Part shown: positions 9,617-19,829 of the stretch, piece by piece
Position numbering within the stretch: position 1 is the first letter of the stretch
Layout of the letters: every line of letters begins with the position of its first letter
Sequence record: MT446416.1
DNA length: 64,000 bases
Source of the DNA: Escherichia virus TH47
Strand: one strand, 5' to 3'
Position numbers and translations under genes: made by a program
The notes under the pieces: generated by a model
What the model saw: only the letters and a program-made list of their open reading frames with translations
What the model was told of the DNA's origin: nothing
The model's database searches: none

Positions 9617-10744
9617 ATGACAATTTCATTCAACAATGGGTCAGGTGGTTCATGTAATAATTCTGGCATCAAAAGTTTAGTTATTAACGCTGCTGGACAT
9701 TTAATTGTAACCTATTCCGACAATACAATCCAAGACCTAGGTCTAGTGGTTGGACAAAATGGTGCTAACGGTAGAAACTTTTATCCAAATGAGATAGGTT
9801 TTGAAGTTCCTAATGAACTCTTCCGTGTTGGTGAAGAACTAGGGTGGTGTTATCTTAGTCTTGCAAATGGCACTAGTACTTTATATTTTAAATCAAACGA
9901 TGCACAAGAAGAAATTAGTACTTGGAACCGTGTAGAGTTTGGTAAAGGTGATACTGGCGAAACTGGTAAACCATTCCACATTGACAGTTCTGGTACGGTG
10001 TTTCCAACAACTGGTCTTTTCAATAATTACACATTCTATAATACTGAAGATGGTAAATTATATTTCTATCAAAGCGTAACTGCAACATGGAGTGATGGTA
10101 TTCCTTTCCGTGGTGAACAAGGTCTACGTGGTCGTTTCCATATTGATAGTACTGGTAGTCAATTCCCAAGTATTGATAATCTACCACAAGATTATTGCTT
10201 CTATAACACTACTGATGGTAATTTGTATTATGTTGATATCGTAACTACATCATCAACCCCAACTAAAGAGTGGAGTGCTGGAATCTTATTCCGTGGTAAA
10301 GACGGTGAAGAAGGTAAGCAAGGTGAGCAAGGTGTTCAGGGTGAACCTGGTAAAGACACAGTTGTTATCATCAACACTATTGATCATTCATGGACTAACG
10401 CATTGTTAGTTATTGGTACATGCCCTGCTGGATACCTAGTAACTAATATCGAAGTTGACATTAATCAAGCATATGATGAACCAGTAAATGAAATGTTTGT
10501 ACGTTTCGGTGGTGAAGCACAAGAAGATATTGGTGGTACTGTAATTGCACCTGTTGATTATTTCGATATCAACCGCAAAATGCGTTACATTGTTAACGAA
10601 ACCAACCACGAAGTATCAAGTAAAGATGAAATCATTTCTTGTGTATTCAATGATTCCGTAAACAACAGTTCATTTGGTGAAATGAAGATCGTTTGTACTT
10701 TATCATGGCAAGCACCTATTCAGCCTATTCAAGATAACATTTAA
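9617..10744 (+). CDS. tail fibre protein with collagen-like G-X-Y repeats
   Basis: start at ATG 9617 with AAGGGAAA RBS (track starts at TTG 9581); three Gly-X-Y runs (e.g. GKDGEEGKQGEQGVQGEPGKD), each followed by an FHIDSxG-type repeat. Confidence 0.65.
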   Translation: MTISFNNGSGGSCNNSGIKSLVINAAGHLIVTYSDNTIQDLGLVVGQNGANGRNFYPNEIGFEVPNELFRVGEELGWCYLSLANGTSTLYFKSNDAQEEISTWNRVEFGKGDTGETGKPFHIDSSGTVFPTTGLFNNYTFYNTEDGKLYFYQSVTATWSDGIPFRGEQGLRGRFHIDSTGSQFPSIDNLPQDYCFYNTTDGNLYYVDIVTTSSTPTKEWSAGILFRGKDGEEGKQGEQGVQGEPGKDTVVIINTIDHSWTNALLVIGTCPAGYLVTNIEVDINQAYDEPVNEMFVRFGGEAQEDIGGTVIAPVDYFDINRKMRYIVNETNHEVSSKDEIISCVFNDSVNNSSFGEMKIVCTLSWQAPIQPIQDNI

Positions 10745-10758
10745 AAGAGGGTTGATAC

Positions 10759-10825
10759 ATGGCAGTTTTTTCCAATTTAGAAGGGACCATGATGCCAACA
10801 TTCAAGTTGGGTAAACGTGGTGCTT
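10759..10825 (+). repeat. shared N-terminal module, copy 1 (MAVFSNLEGTM...)
   Basis: about 65 nt near-identical to 12915-12981 at the 5' ends of two adjacent fibre genes. Confidence 0.7.
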
Positions 10826-12900
10826 CTATTAATTTTGTAAACGATTCTGTCGCAATCAAAGACTTTTTAGGTGAAACGTTCCTACCTGTTAAGGTGGGAA
10901 CTCCTAATGACGATGATTCCGCAGTAAACGTTATGTATCTTGAAGATAACCCAAATGCTTTATTTGGCGTACTTCCACCAACAAATGACATTGGTAAAAA
11001 TAACAACACTTATTTTCAAGTTGATTCTGAGGGTATTGTTGATATCTTTGCAAAAACAAATGATGTTTGGGTAAAATCATTATACATTAATAAAAATGTC
11101 CTTTCCAGTGTTAACGGTGCTGATTATATCGGACTTATTACTGGAGGAACACTCCAACAGGCACAGTTTTACATAACTCCAGAAGAGTTTGGTGCAAAAG
11201 GTGATGGCATCACTGATGACACGGCAGCGGTTAACGCATGTGCAGTTTATGCAAAAGAACACCAAATCCAAATTCAAGCTGGTGGTAATTATCGTATCAG
11301 AACTGCTGTTTATTTGAATGATATTCAATGGTTTGGTGGAACAATCACTGGCAACGGTGGCACAATGGTATCAGTACTGAATAGTACAATCCAACAAGCA
11401 ACATTAACAGGATGTTATTTAAAATTCTTTGGTGGTGATGGTAAATTTTATTTTAATAAATTTATTAATATTACAAGTACTGCTACATTTCTAATGCAAG
11501 GTATGACTGAATCAGGTACTATCGACTTTTGCTTTAATGAAATGACACAATGTAAGTACGGTGTTCTTCAGCAAGGCACTGGTGAGAAAATGACAGTTGG
11601 GCGTTATTCATACAACCACATCCATGATATATATGGTGATGCAATTGAATTGAACGTAGTCAACTCACATTACCCAGACGGTTTTGTAATAGAAGGTAAC
11701 TTGATTGAAAACGTAGATGGTACAGATGCACCAATTCCTCTTTCAAACTGGGGTATTGGTATCGGCGTTGCTGGTTCTGGTCCTTATGATGTGAATGCTG
11801 ATGATTCACAATATGTAAAAAAATTCGTTATAAAAAATAACCGCTTGTACAATGTCCGTCAATGTATTCACGTTGAGTTGGGTAAAGACTTTAAAATTCT
11901 CAATAATGAAGTTTATCCATCAACGTTGGTATCAATTGGTACTGGTTTGACAACCGCTGGTGTAATTACTTATGGTTCTGTTGATTTTATTATTGATGGC
12001 CTATCTGGGCATCTATTAAATGATCCATCAGTAACTAACCGTATGGTTTCTATTAACTGGGGTGTAACATCTGGTAAATTTGCTGGTCCTCCACGTAACT
12101 TTAAATTATGTAATCTCCACATTCCTGAGTCGTCTATTATTGTGTATACTTCAGGCTCTGATAATTGGCTAAATACTACTGAACTTTCTAATATTACATG
12201 TAGTAGAATTCAATGGCGTGGATTGCCGTCATCTTCCAAGTTTAATAATATCAGTACTAAAGAACTTGATGTTATTGGACAACACCTTGCAACTGAAGGT
12301 GAAGGAGGGGGCTTATATACTCGCTCTAAATATACATATACCAACTGGACTAATTGTGTTGTTCAAGATGATTGTAACATATCAAAATATAGTTTCTCAA
12401 GAATGTATGTTGACCGTATTGACCAATCATCTAATAACTTTAAAGTAACCACTGCAATTGATGGAACTGGACATCGTGGACCTGTAGTAATACCTGTAGT
12501 TGAACAGTATTACGTGCCTTATGATGTTTTTCCTGGTGGGAGATATTTCCCAGAAGGAACAATTATCCATAAACAATCAGGTGGAAAATTTATTGTTACA
12601 GTAGGTGGTTCTTTCTTTGGTCGATATGACACAATTAGACAAACAGTTGCAGGACAAACTTATATCGAAGCATTGGGTGTATCATGGGGTGATAATCAAT
12701 ATGCTAAAGCTGCTGGAACCGAAATCCTAATCACAGGAGCAGGGGAAAACGGCGAAGATTTAAAAACATATATCACTAGAGCAGTTTATGTTGTTAATAA
12801 TGCGTATCGTATCGATATTGCCGATCCGATTGTTACTGCTACCGCAGCAGGGGCATTATTGAAAGCTGCTCAACCAATAACATATATCACCCTATCTTAA
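10759..12900 (+). CDS. tail spike/fibre with pectate-lyase-like beta-helix domain (candidate depolymerase)
   Basis: motif EEFGAKGDGITDDTAAVNA typical of pectate-lyase-superfamily tailspikes; N-terminal MAVFSNLEGTM module shared with the next gene. Confidence 0.65.
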   Translation: MAVFSNLEGTMMPTFKLGKRGASINFVNDSVAIKDFLGETFLPVKVGTPNDDDSAVNVMYLEDNPNALFGVLPPTNDIGKNNNTYFQVDSEGIVDIFAKTNDVWVKSLYINKNVLSSVNGADYIGLITGGTLQQAQFYITPEEFGAKGDGITDDTAAVNACAVYAKEHQIQIQAGGNYRIRTAVYLNDIQWFGGTITGNGGTMVSVLNSTIQQATLTGCYLKFFGGDGKFYFNKFINITSTATFLMQGMTESGTIDFCFNEMTQCKYGVLQQGTGEKMTVGRYSYNHIHDIYGDAIELNVVNSHYPDGFVIEGNLIENVDGTDAPIPLSNWGIGIGVAGSGPYDVNADDSQYVKKFVIKNNRLYNVRQCIHVELGKDFKILNNEVYPSTLVSIGTGLTTAGVITYGSVDFIIDGLSGHLLNDPSVTNRMVSINWGVTSGKFAGPPRNFKLCNLHIPESSIIVYTSGSDNWLNTTELSNITCSRIQWRGLPSSSKFNNISTKELDVIGQHLATEGEGGGLYTRSKYTYTNWTNCVVQDDCNISKYSFSRMYVDRIDQSSNNFKVTTAIDGTGHRGPVVIPVVEQYYVPYDVFPGGRYFPEGTIIHKQSGGKFIVTVGGSFFGRYDTIRQTVAGQTYIEALGVSWGDNQYAKAAGTEILITGAGENGEDLKTYITRAVYVVNNAYRIDIADPIVTATAAGALLKAAQPITYITLS

Positions 12901-12914
12901 AGGAGATTATAAAA

Positions 12915-12981
12915 ATGGCAGTTTTTTCTAATTTAGAAGGAACCATGAAGAAGACCTTCATACTTGGTAAAAATGGTGCAC
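12915..12981 (+). repeat. shared N-terminal module, copy 2
   Basis: near-identical to 10759-10825. Confidence 0.7.
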
Positions 12982-13814
12982 AAATTGCCACTAATGGTAA
13001 TGTTGTTCAAATCCAGAACTACACGGGTACACAACTTCTTCCTGTTTCAGCAGGTGACCCAACCGCAAATACACACTTGGTTACATTGGGTTATTTGAAT
13101 ACACATAGCGGTGGTGGTGGCGGTTCCGGTATTTTACGTGGAACTATTGCACCATCTGAATCAATTGGTGTAGATGGTGACGCTTACTTCTTAGTTGACA
13201 GTACTAATATTATTCAGATCTATATTAAAGACCTTGGTGTTTGGAAACCTCTCCAAAGCACAACTCCAGGTACTGATAGTTCTTACGTTACTACTGAAAT
13301 CGTTCCTGTATCGGCATTTACATTAGTTCCTGGAACAACAGATCAATATACTTATTCTTTACCTGAATCAGTACATGGTCGTGGTCCAGATATTATGGTT
13401 CAGCTACAGGGTGACCCTGGTAACATCCCACTTGACACTGTATTCCAAACTAACGTCACTGTGAGTGGTATTGGTGACATTACGATTGATGTTATTGGTC
13501 AAATCACTGATTATACAAGTGTCAAAGTCAACATCATAGGAGCAACAACAATGACAGTACCTTATAGTAAATTAATTAACCAAGCGGATTGGGTAGTATC
13601 TAGTGATGAATACACCATTACTATCCCAGCGTCTGAACATAACCAAACACCTGATAATTTGTATATTTCAATTTATTCAAATAAAACTCCAGGTAGCACA
13701 GCAGCATCACCATTTGAACTGGTAATAACCGAAACTCAAATTGATGCAAGTGGTAATGTTACATTCACTTCTGACGAAGCGTTTAGTGGTAAAATAGTAA
13801 TTTCTGGTAAATAA
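12915..13814 (+). CDS. tail fibre protein (paralogous N-terminus, distinct C-terminal domain)
   Basis: N-terminus MAVFSNLEGTMKKTF matches 10759 gene; AGGAGA RBS; poly-Gly linker GGGGGSG. Confidence 0.6.
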   Translation: MAVFSNLEGTMKKTFILGKNGAQIATNGNVVQIQNYTGTQLLPVSAGDPTANTHLVTLGYLNTHSGGGGGSGILRGTIAPSESIGVDGDAYFLVDSTNIIQIYIKDLGVWKPLQSTTPGTDSSYVTTEIVPVSAFTLVPGTTDQYTYSLPESVHGRGPDIMVQLQGDPGNIPLDTVFQTNVTVSGIGDITIDVIGQITDYTSVKVNIIGATTMTVPYSKLINQADWVVSSDEYTITIPASEHNQTPDNLYISIYSNKTPGSTAASPFELVITETQIDASGNVTFTSDEAFSGKIVISGK

Positions 13815-13822
13815 AAAAAATA

Positions 13823-13857
13823 GTCCAGACTACGATTCATCGAGTCTGGATTTTTTA
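13823..13857 (+). terminator. rho-independent terminator
   Basis: stem TCCAGACT/AGTCTGGA followed by TTTTTT. Confidence 0.6.
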
Positions 13858-13932
13858 TATCAATAACTAAATATATGTATATTAACAAGGTCAAATGTAT
13901 TTTATGCTTTTTGCCTATTTGGAGGGAACTAA

Positions 13933-16900
13933 ATGTACTCGATTAAAACAGATCTCGATATAACTGGTGGTGCAACGGTTGGTAAAGATCTTCTTGTGAA
14001 AGGCGATGCAGTATTCAATAAAAATCTAACAGTTAATGGAACCGTAACTTTTGCTGACGCTGTATTCACTGCGATTGAAGCAGGAACTGTAGACATTTCA
14101 TCTACACTAGATGTTGCTGGTAAAGCATCATTGAATGGTGGGATTGAAGTTCATGGTAATTCCGTAATTGGTAATTTACCAGTTGGCTCTGATACTGCAA
14201 CGATTAATTCTAATGCACAATTCCAAAGCCCAGTATCAATGGCAGGTAACCTAACACAAACGGCTGGCACTGCTGTACTAAAAGATACCCAAGTGGCATC
14301 AATGGATGTTCTTGGAACTTCTTCATTTAAAGGTAATATTACTGCTGAAACTGGCACTACCGCAGCATTTGACAAAATAACTGCAACTGATGCAACATTC
14401 ACAAACACTGCAACTACTGATATCACATCAACTGGAACTGCAAACTTTAAAGATGTGAATATTTCCGGTACACTAGGTGGAACATTTAGTCTATCTGATG
14501 TTAATGCAACAACTCTAACTGTTTCTGGTTTAACCAGTCTACAAGGTGGTGTTACATTAGGTTCCAACATTACTGGTGTGAATAGTAGTGCAAACTTCCG
14601 TGATATTAAAATTGGTTCCAATGCTGCAAACACTAACTACCGTTTGAGCTTTAACTATTCTGCTCCAAGTCTTCGTCCAACTGTAATTCTACAGAACGAA
14701 ATCCAATCAGAATTGATGTCTCCAGCTACCCTAAGTGTATTGAAAACTGCATCTTTTGGTGATTCGTCATTATCCACTTTTGGTATTACTGGTAATGGTC
14801 TAAACAAACTAGATTACCTAACAGTATCTGGTAACTCTGTTCAAGATCCAACAACTCCACTATTACAAGTAACTTCAGGTAAAACTAAAGTTCATGATTT
14901 CGAAGTAACAGGAACTGCAACTATTCCTAACATTGAAAGTACTGGAACTGCTAATTTTAATAACATCAACGTATCTGGTACACTCGGCGGTACTTTCAGT
15001 CTTGATGATATTGAAGCAAACACTCTAACTGTTTCTGGATTAACTAGCCTTGTTGGTGGTGTAACTTTGGGTGCTGATATTTCCGGTGCTAATAGTACTG
15101 CTAATTTTAAAGCAGTAAGTTTAGGACAAAACGCAGCCGATGCTAACGTTAAGTATGGTTTTGCTTATTCTGCCCCTGGTGCACGTCCAACTGTAATTCT
15201 ACAAAATGAAATTCAGTCTGAACTAGTATCTCCAGCAGTACTAAATGTACAAAAAACTGCTACCTTCGGTGATGCATCTCTTGCAACCTATGGTATCACA
15301 GGTAACGGTCTAAACAAACTAGATTATCTATCTATTACTGGTAATGGTACACAAAGTCCAGCAACGCCACAACTACAAGTAGCTGGTAAATCAGTACTAA
15401 ATGATGTTGAATTCACTGGTACTGTAACTGGCCTAACAGTTGATGTAAGTGGTCAAGACCTAACTCCTAAATCTGTTGTTGCTGCTGAAGCAATCAAAGG
15501 ACAAACCCTTGAATCTGTTGGTCAAACCACCGTAGGAACTAACCTACAAGTTGGTGGAACAGCTAATGTTGTTGGTGCACTAACTGGTACTGCTGCAACC
15601 TTTACTGGTGACGTAAGTGCTGCTAAAGGTACTTTCAGTGGTGATGTTAGCGTTACTGGGCAAACTGTAACTGTACGTGATTTAGTAGTAACTGGCACAA
15701 CTACTGGTGTAACTGCCCAAGCTGACGTTGATGGTCTTGATATCGCCCCAAATAAAGTTGATGTTACAACAACACTATCTGTTGCTGGGGACACTACTTT
15801 AGCTGGTCTAACTGCTAGTTCAGTAACAAGTACTGGTGATGTTACTGGTGCGTCTGTATCTGGTAATACAGTAACTGCGGCTGGTGCACTATCTGGTGGT
15901 TCTCTTGCAGTAACTGGTGCTGGTTCTATGGCTTCACTAACTGTTCCAAGTATTACTGGGGACACTACTTTTGCTAATAACGTAACTATTACTGGAACAC
16001 TAACTCCGAGTAGTATAGATTTAAGCACTACTGATGTAAGTGCTGCTTCTTTAACAACTACTGGTAACGTAACTGTTGGTGGTTCTCTTGCAGTAACTGG
16101 TGCTATTGATTTGTCTGCTGCTGATGTAGTAACAAAATCAGTTAGTGCAACTAACCCAAGTACATTTGGTGTAATTAATGCATCTTCTGTTGCCGCAACT
16201 GGTGACGTTTCAGGTGGCACTCTAACTACTACTGGTGCAGCGAAAGTAGGAACACTAACTAGTACTGGTGTAGTATCTGGTTCGCGTTTGTCTTCTGGTA
16301 CTGCAACAATCTCAACTTCTGTAACAGTTCCAACTTTACAAGCTGAAGCTGCTGGTGCTGGTACACTAAATCTAGCAAGTAATGTTGTCGCGGCAAAAGA
16401 TCTAACTGTCACTGGTGTATTCAAACCTGAAGGTGGTCTTGACCTAACAACTGTTGATATTACTGCAAACTCACTAACTACTACTGCTGATGTTAATGTT
16501 GGTGGAAACTTAGTAGTTGATGGTACTTTTGACCTAAGTGCTGCTGATGTATCAGTTAAATCTCTTGTAAGTGCAGAGGCAATTACTAGTGGTGGTGTGA
16601 TTACCGTTACCGATTCAACCAATACTAGTTCGTTCCCTAAAATTACTTCAACTGATGCAACACTCTTTACAGTAAATGCAGGTACTATTAATGCAACTGG
16701 CAACAGTGTACTACAAAGTGTATCAGCTACTCAAGTAACTGCTACTAGTGCTGAATTTTCTGGTAGTGGCCTTGGTCTTCAAGTTGATAATGATGCAAAC
16801 GTTGGTGGTGCATTATCTGTTGGTGGCATTGCAACTGTTGGTTCTTTAACAACAACTGCTGCTTCTCTTAATATTGCAAAAAATACTGCAATCAATGGTG

Positions 16901-18891
16901 ATTTAGCTGTATCTGGTACACTAACTGCTGGTTCAATCGACCTAAGCAATACTGATGTAACCGTTAAATCTCTTGATTCACTAGGTAACGCACACATTGC
17001 TGGTAACCTAACTGTTGATGGTGCATTCGACTTAAGTGCAACTAACCTTGTAGCTGCAAGTCTAGCAAGTACTGGTTCTACTACTGTTGGAACTGATCTA
17101 GTACTAACAACTGGTGTTGTGACTGGTAGCCCAGCTATCTCTGGTAATACAACAATCGGTGGAACTCTTGGTGTAACTGGTGCTGTTAACCTAACTGATA
17201 TTGTTAATATCGGTAAGAAAGTAACAGTGAGTACTGGTGGTATTCAGGTAGTTGATGGTGGTATCAATACTAACACAATTAACGTTTCTGGTGCTACTAC
17301 TCTAGCAGGAACTTCCATTACTGGAACTTTAGGTGTAACTGGTGCTTCTACTCTAGCAGGTGTATCTGCAACATCACTAACAGTTTCTGGTGACAGTACT
17401 GTTCAGAAACTAACTGTCCAAGGTGAATTGATCCCACAAGGTGGTCTTGACCTAAGCGGTGCAGACATTACTGCTAATAGTCTAACTACTGCAACAACTA
17501 TCAATGCAACTGGCCTAAGTACTCTAAGTGGTGGTGTTAGTACTTCTACTGTGACTGCATCTGGTCTAGCAACTGTTGGAAGTTTAACTTCTACTGCAAA
17601 CGCATCAGTTGGTGGTAATTTGGGTGTAACTGGAACTCTAGGTGTTACTGGTGCAACTACTGTATCTTCACTAACAGCTACTGGTGCAGTGAAAACTGGT
17701 ACAACCCTAACTGTTGGTACTCCAGTTGGTGAACAACCTGAAACTGTACAGATCATTCCAGATACTTATATTGCTGGTAAATTGCGTGTAATCGGCGGTA
17801 TTAACGCTGATATTGATGTTAGTGGTCAAACACTAGAACCATATGCAATTGAAGCTGCTGCAACACTATCTGCTGTTGGTAACATTACTTCTGGTGCAAC
17901 CATCGTTTCTAAAGCTGCAACAATTGGTGATGTTGGTTCACAAAACAACAACCTAACTGTTAATGGTAACGTAGTAACTAATGGTGACTTCACAGTTACT
18001 GGGGTACTAAATGCACAATTGAACCAAGCAGATTCCGATGTAGCTGTTAAATCTTTAACTGCAACTAATAACGTTGCGGCTGGTACTTCAATCACTGCTG
18101 GTACTTCCATCACTGCAACTGGATTACTTAAAGGTAATACTTTAGAAGTTACTACTACTGGTTCATTTGGTGGTGCAGTAACTATGTCAAGTGGTGCAAA
18201 CATCACTGGTACAGTGGGTATTACTGCTGGTGACCTAACAGTAGGTGGTAATATCTCTGCAACTGGCACTGCTGGATTCGGTGCAACAACCGTTTCTACA
18301 ATTACAACATCAGGTTTGGCTACACTTGCAAGTACATCCGTTACTGGTAACGCAACAGTAGGTGGAACACTAGCAGTAACAGGAGCACTAACTGCGAATG
18401 GTAACGTAACATTAGGTGACGCAGCGGCTGACGTTCTAACCGTTAATGCAACTTCATCATTTAAAGAAAATGCTGTGTTTGATAAGGCAGTAACAGTAAC
18501 TGGTGAACTAACCACTACTAATGCTAACTTAACTACTACAACAGTAACTACCAAAAAGTATGATGTAATCCCAACTCAAGTTACATCATCAGTAATTGCT
18601 CCAACCGGAACATGGACTCCAGATGGTACAAGTAACGTGTACTTCATCACTCTAGACCAAGATACCACGTTGGCTCCAATTACTGGCCTAATTGGTGGCG
18701 GTAAAGCTGCATCAGTATACATCTATGTTAAACAAGATACAACTGGTAACAGAAACTTTACAACTGATGGTACTTATGCTGTTGTTGATGGTGAACTAAA
18801 CAAAACTGCTGGTAGCGTGACCATTTACCAAGTAATTTATGATGGTGTAAGTCCAGTTACTGATTTGTTCATTGCACAACGTACTGCTTAA
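13933..18891 (+). CDS. giant fibrous protein (1652 aa), probable long tail fibre
   Basis: GGAGGG RBS; Thr/Gly/Ser/Val/Ala-rich repetitive sequence with recurring LTVSG, VTGT and GNxT motifs; internal tandem duplication. Confidence 0.7.
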   Translation: MYSIKTDLDITGGATVGKDLLVKGDAVFNKNLTVNGTVTFADAVFTAIEAGTVDISSTLDVAGKASLNGGIEVHGNSVIGNLPVGSDTATINSNAQFQSPVSMAGNLTQTAGTAVLKDTQVASMDVLGTSSFKGNITAETGTTAAFDKITATDATFTNTATTDITSTGTANFKDVNISGTLGGTFSLSDVNATTLTVSGLTSLQGGVTLGSNITGVNSSANFRDIKIGSNAANTNYRLSFNYSAPSLRPTVILQNEIQSELMSPATLSVLKTASFGDSSLSTFGITGNGLNKLDYLTVSGNSVQDPTTPLLQVTSGKTKVHDFEVTGTATIPNIESTGTANFNNINVSGTLGGTFSLDDIEANTLTVSGLTSLVGGVTLGADISGANSTANFKAVSLGQNAADANVKYGFAYSAPGARPTVILQNEIQSELVSPAVLNVQKTATFGDASLATYGITGNGLNKLDYLSITGNGTQSPATPQLQVAGKSVLNDVEFTGTVTGLTVDVSGQDLTPKSVVAAEAIKGQTLESVGQTTVGTNLQVGGTANVVGALTGTAATFTGDVSAAKGTFSGDVSVTGQTVTVRDLVVTGTTTGVTAQADVDGLDIAPNKVDVTTTLSVAGDTTLAGLTASSVTSTGDVTGASVSGNTVTAAGALSGGSLAVTGAGSMASLTVPSITGDTTFANNVTITGTLTPSSIDLSTTDVSAASLTTTGNVTVGGSLAVTGAIDLSAADVVTKSVSATNPSTFGVINASSVAATGDVSGGTLTTTGAAKVGTLTSTGVVSGSRLSSGTATISTSVTVPTLQAEAAGAGTLNLASNVVAAKDLTVTGVFKPEGGLDLTTVDITANSLTTTADVNVGGNLVVDGTFDLSAADVSVKSLVSAEAITSGGVITVTDSTNTSSFPKITSTDATLFTVNAGTINATGNSVLQSVSATQVTATSAEFSGSGLGLQVDNDANVGGALSVGGIATVGSLTTTAASLNIAKNTAINGDLAVSGTLTAGSIDLSNTDVTVKSLDSLGNAHIAGNLTVDGAFDLSATNLVAASLASTGSTTVGTDLVLTTGVVTGSPAISGNTTIGGTLGVTGAVNLTDIVNIGKKVTVSTGGIQVVDGGINTNTINVSGATTLAGTSITGTLGVTGASTLAGVSATSLTVSGDSTVQKLTVQGELIPQGGLDLSGADITANSLTTATTINATGLSTLSGGVSTSTVTASGLATVGSLTSTANASVGGNLGVTGTLGVTGATTVSSLTATGAVKTGTTLTVGTPVGEQPETVQIIPDTYIAGKLRVIGGINADIDVSGQTLEPYAIEAAATLSAVGNITSGATIVSKAATIGDVGSQNNNLTVNGNVVTNGDFTVTGVLNAQLNQADSDVAVKSLTATNNVAAGTSITAGTSITATGLLKGNTLEVTTTGSFGGAVTMSSGANITGTVGITAGDLTVGGNISATGTAGFGATTVSTITTSGLATLASTSVTGNATVGGTLAVTGALTANGNVTLGDAAADVLTVNATSSFKENAVFDKAVTVTGELTTTNANLTTTTVTTKKYDVIPTQVTSSVIAPTGTWTPDGTSNVYFITLDQDTTLAPITGLIGGGKAASVYIYVKQDTTGNRNFTTDGTYAVVDGELNKTAGSVTIYQVIYDGVSPVTDLFIAQRTA
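14422..15453 (+). repeat. tandem duplication of a ~516-nt (~172-aa) unit inside the giant fibre gene
   Basis: two consecutive diverged copies (STGTANF..NxSGTLGGTFSL..TLTVSGLTSL..RPTVILQNEIQSEL..GITGNGLNKLDYL..). Confidence 0.6.
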
Positions 18892-18910
18892 TAATTATAA
18901 TAAAAAAAAC

Positions 18911-18934
18911 GGTGTCATCAATTATGGTGACACC
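18911..18934. terminator. hairpin between fibre genes (A-run upstream, no T-run downstream on + strand)
   Basis: stem GGTGTCA/TGACACC; orientation best suits a minus-strand terminator or an RNA-processing structure. Confidence 0.3.
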
Positions 18935-18957
18935 ATCTTAACAAGTGAGGTAGTTAT

Positions 18958-19737
18958 ATGTTTACATATGTAAAAGGTAGTTCTAAAGAAAATTATGAAT
19001 TGGGTAACATCATCTCCAACCCAGTTGGTGTTAAGGGTTTAAAAGAACGCCCTGGGGCAACTCCAGATGATGAACAAACATATCGTTATTTGTACAGTGA
19101 TATTCGTGCACTTTATGGTATTTCAAGTAAAGATGGTTCTGAAATTGAACCTAATAACGCTGTTCGCAAAGAAGAGGGTTTCTGGTGGTTGGAATATAAG
19201 AATGTTGGTAATGTGAACGCAATTAATGAGAATTTGGAATATATTAAACTACAAGATAGTAATCAACCAGTCATCACATTCTTAGAAGAAGCAGAAGGTG
19301 AATATAAAGAGTTAACAGTACTGAAAACTTATAATTATGTTGATATGGACATTGCAGCAGTTAAATCTGATCTGAAAGCACGCACAGTATCATCTCGTAG
19401 TGATCGTATTAATGCTGGTTATATGTTTAACGGTCATCGTTATAGTACTGATCTAGCTGGTCGTCAAATGCTTCTTAATTATTATACACAAGTAACTTCC
19501 GGTTCTGATAGCGTTTCGATTTTCCTTGATGACGCAATTGTAAAACTATCTGCTGCTGAAATGACTCAACTATACACTGAAGCATTTGCTATGGTTGAAT
19601 CCCTATTTGCAGAGTGTAATAAGCAATGTGCTGACATTGATGCAGTTCCTGATGCTGATGAAGATGCAATTTATAAAGCACAACAGGCGGCTGTATGGGT
19701 ATATGAAGGTATTGATATTCCTGAGCGTACTCGTTAA
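18958..19737 (+). CDS. hypothetical protein, possible tail-fibre assembly/chaperone
   Basis: 259-aa ORF with GTGAGG RBS immediately after the giant fibre gene; assignment by position only. Confidence 0.45.
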   Translation: MFTYVKGSSKENYELGNIISNPVGVKGLKERPGATPDDEQTYRYLYSDIRALYGISSKDGSEIEPNNAVRKEEGFWWLEYKNVGNVNAINENLEYIKLQDSNQPVITFLEEAEGEYKELTVLKTYNYVDMDIAAVKSDLKARTVSSRSDRINAGYMFNGHRYSTDLAGRQMLLNYYTQVTSGSDSVSIFLDDAIVKLSAAEMTQLYTEAFAMVESLFAECNKQCADIDAVPDADEDAIYKAQQAAVWVYEGIDIPERTR

Positions 19738-19751
19738 TTTATATTTTTTTT

Positions 19752-19784
19752 AAAGGTCAACTATGGTTGGCCTTTTCTTTTATC
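19752..19784 (+). terminator. rho-independent terminator
   Basis: stem AAGGTCAAC/GTTGGCCTT (one mismatch) followed by T-rich run. Confidence 0.5.
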
Positions 19785-19829
19785 TAAAATAAATACTTAA
19801 TATATAATCTATTCTGAGGAAATATTTAA

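Noticed and set aside
15522-18554. Long minus-strand ORFs (393 aa, 242 aa and others) inside the giant fibre gene
   Set aside because: They lie antisense to a clearly coding 1652-aa frame, are low-complexity Val/Thr/Ala/Pro-rich, and arise from the repetitive biased composition of the fibre gene; no RBS or start context.
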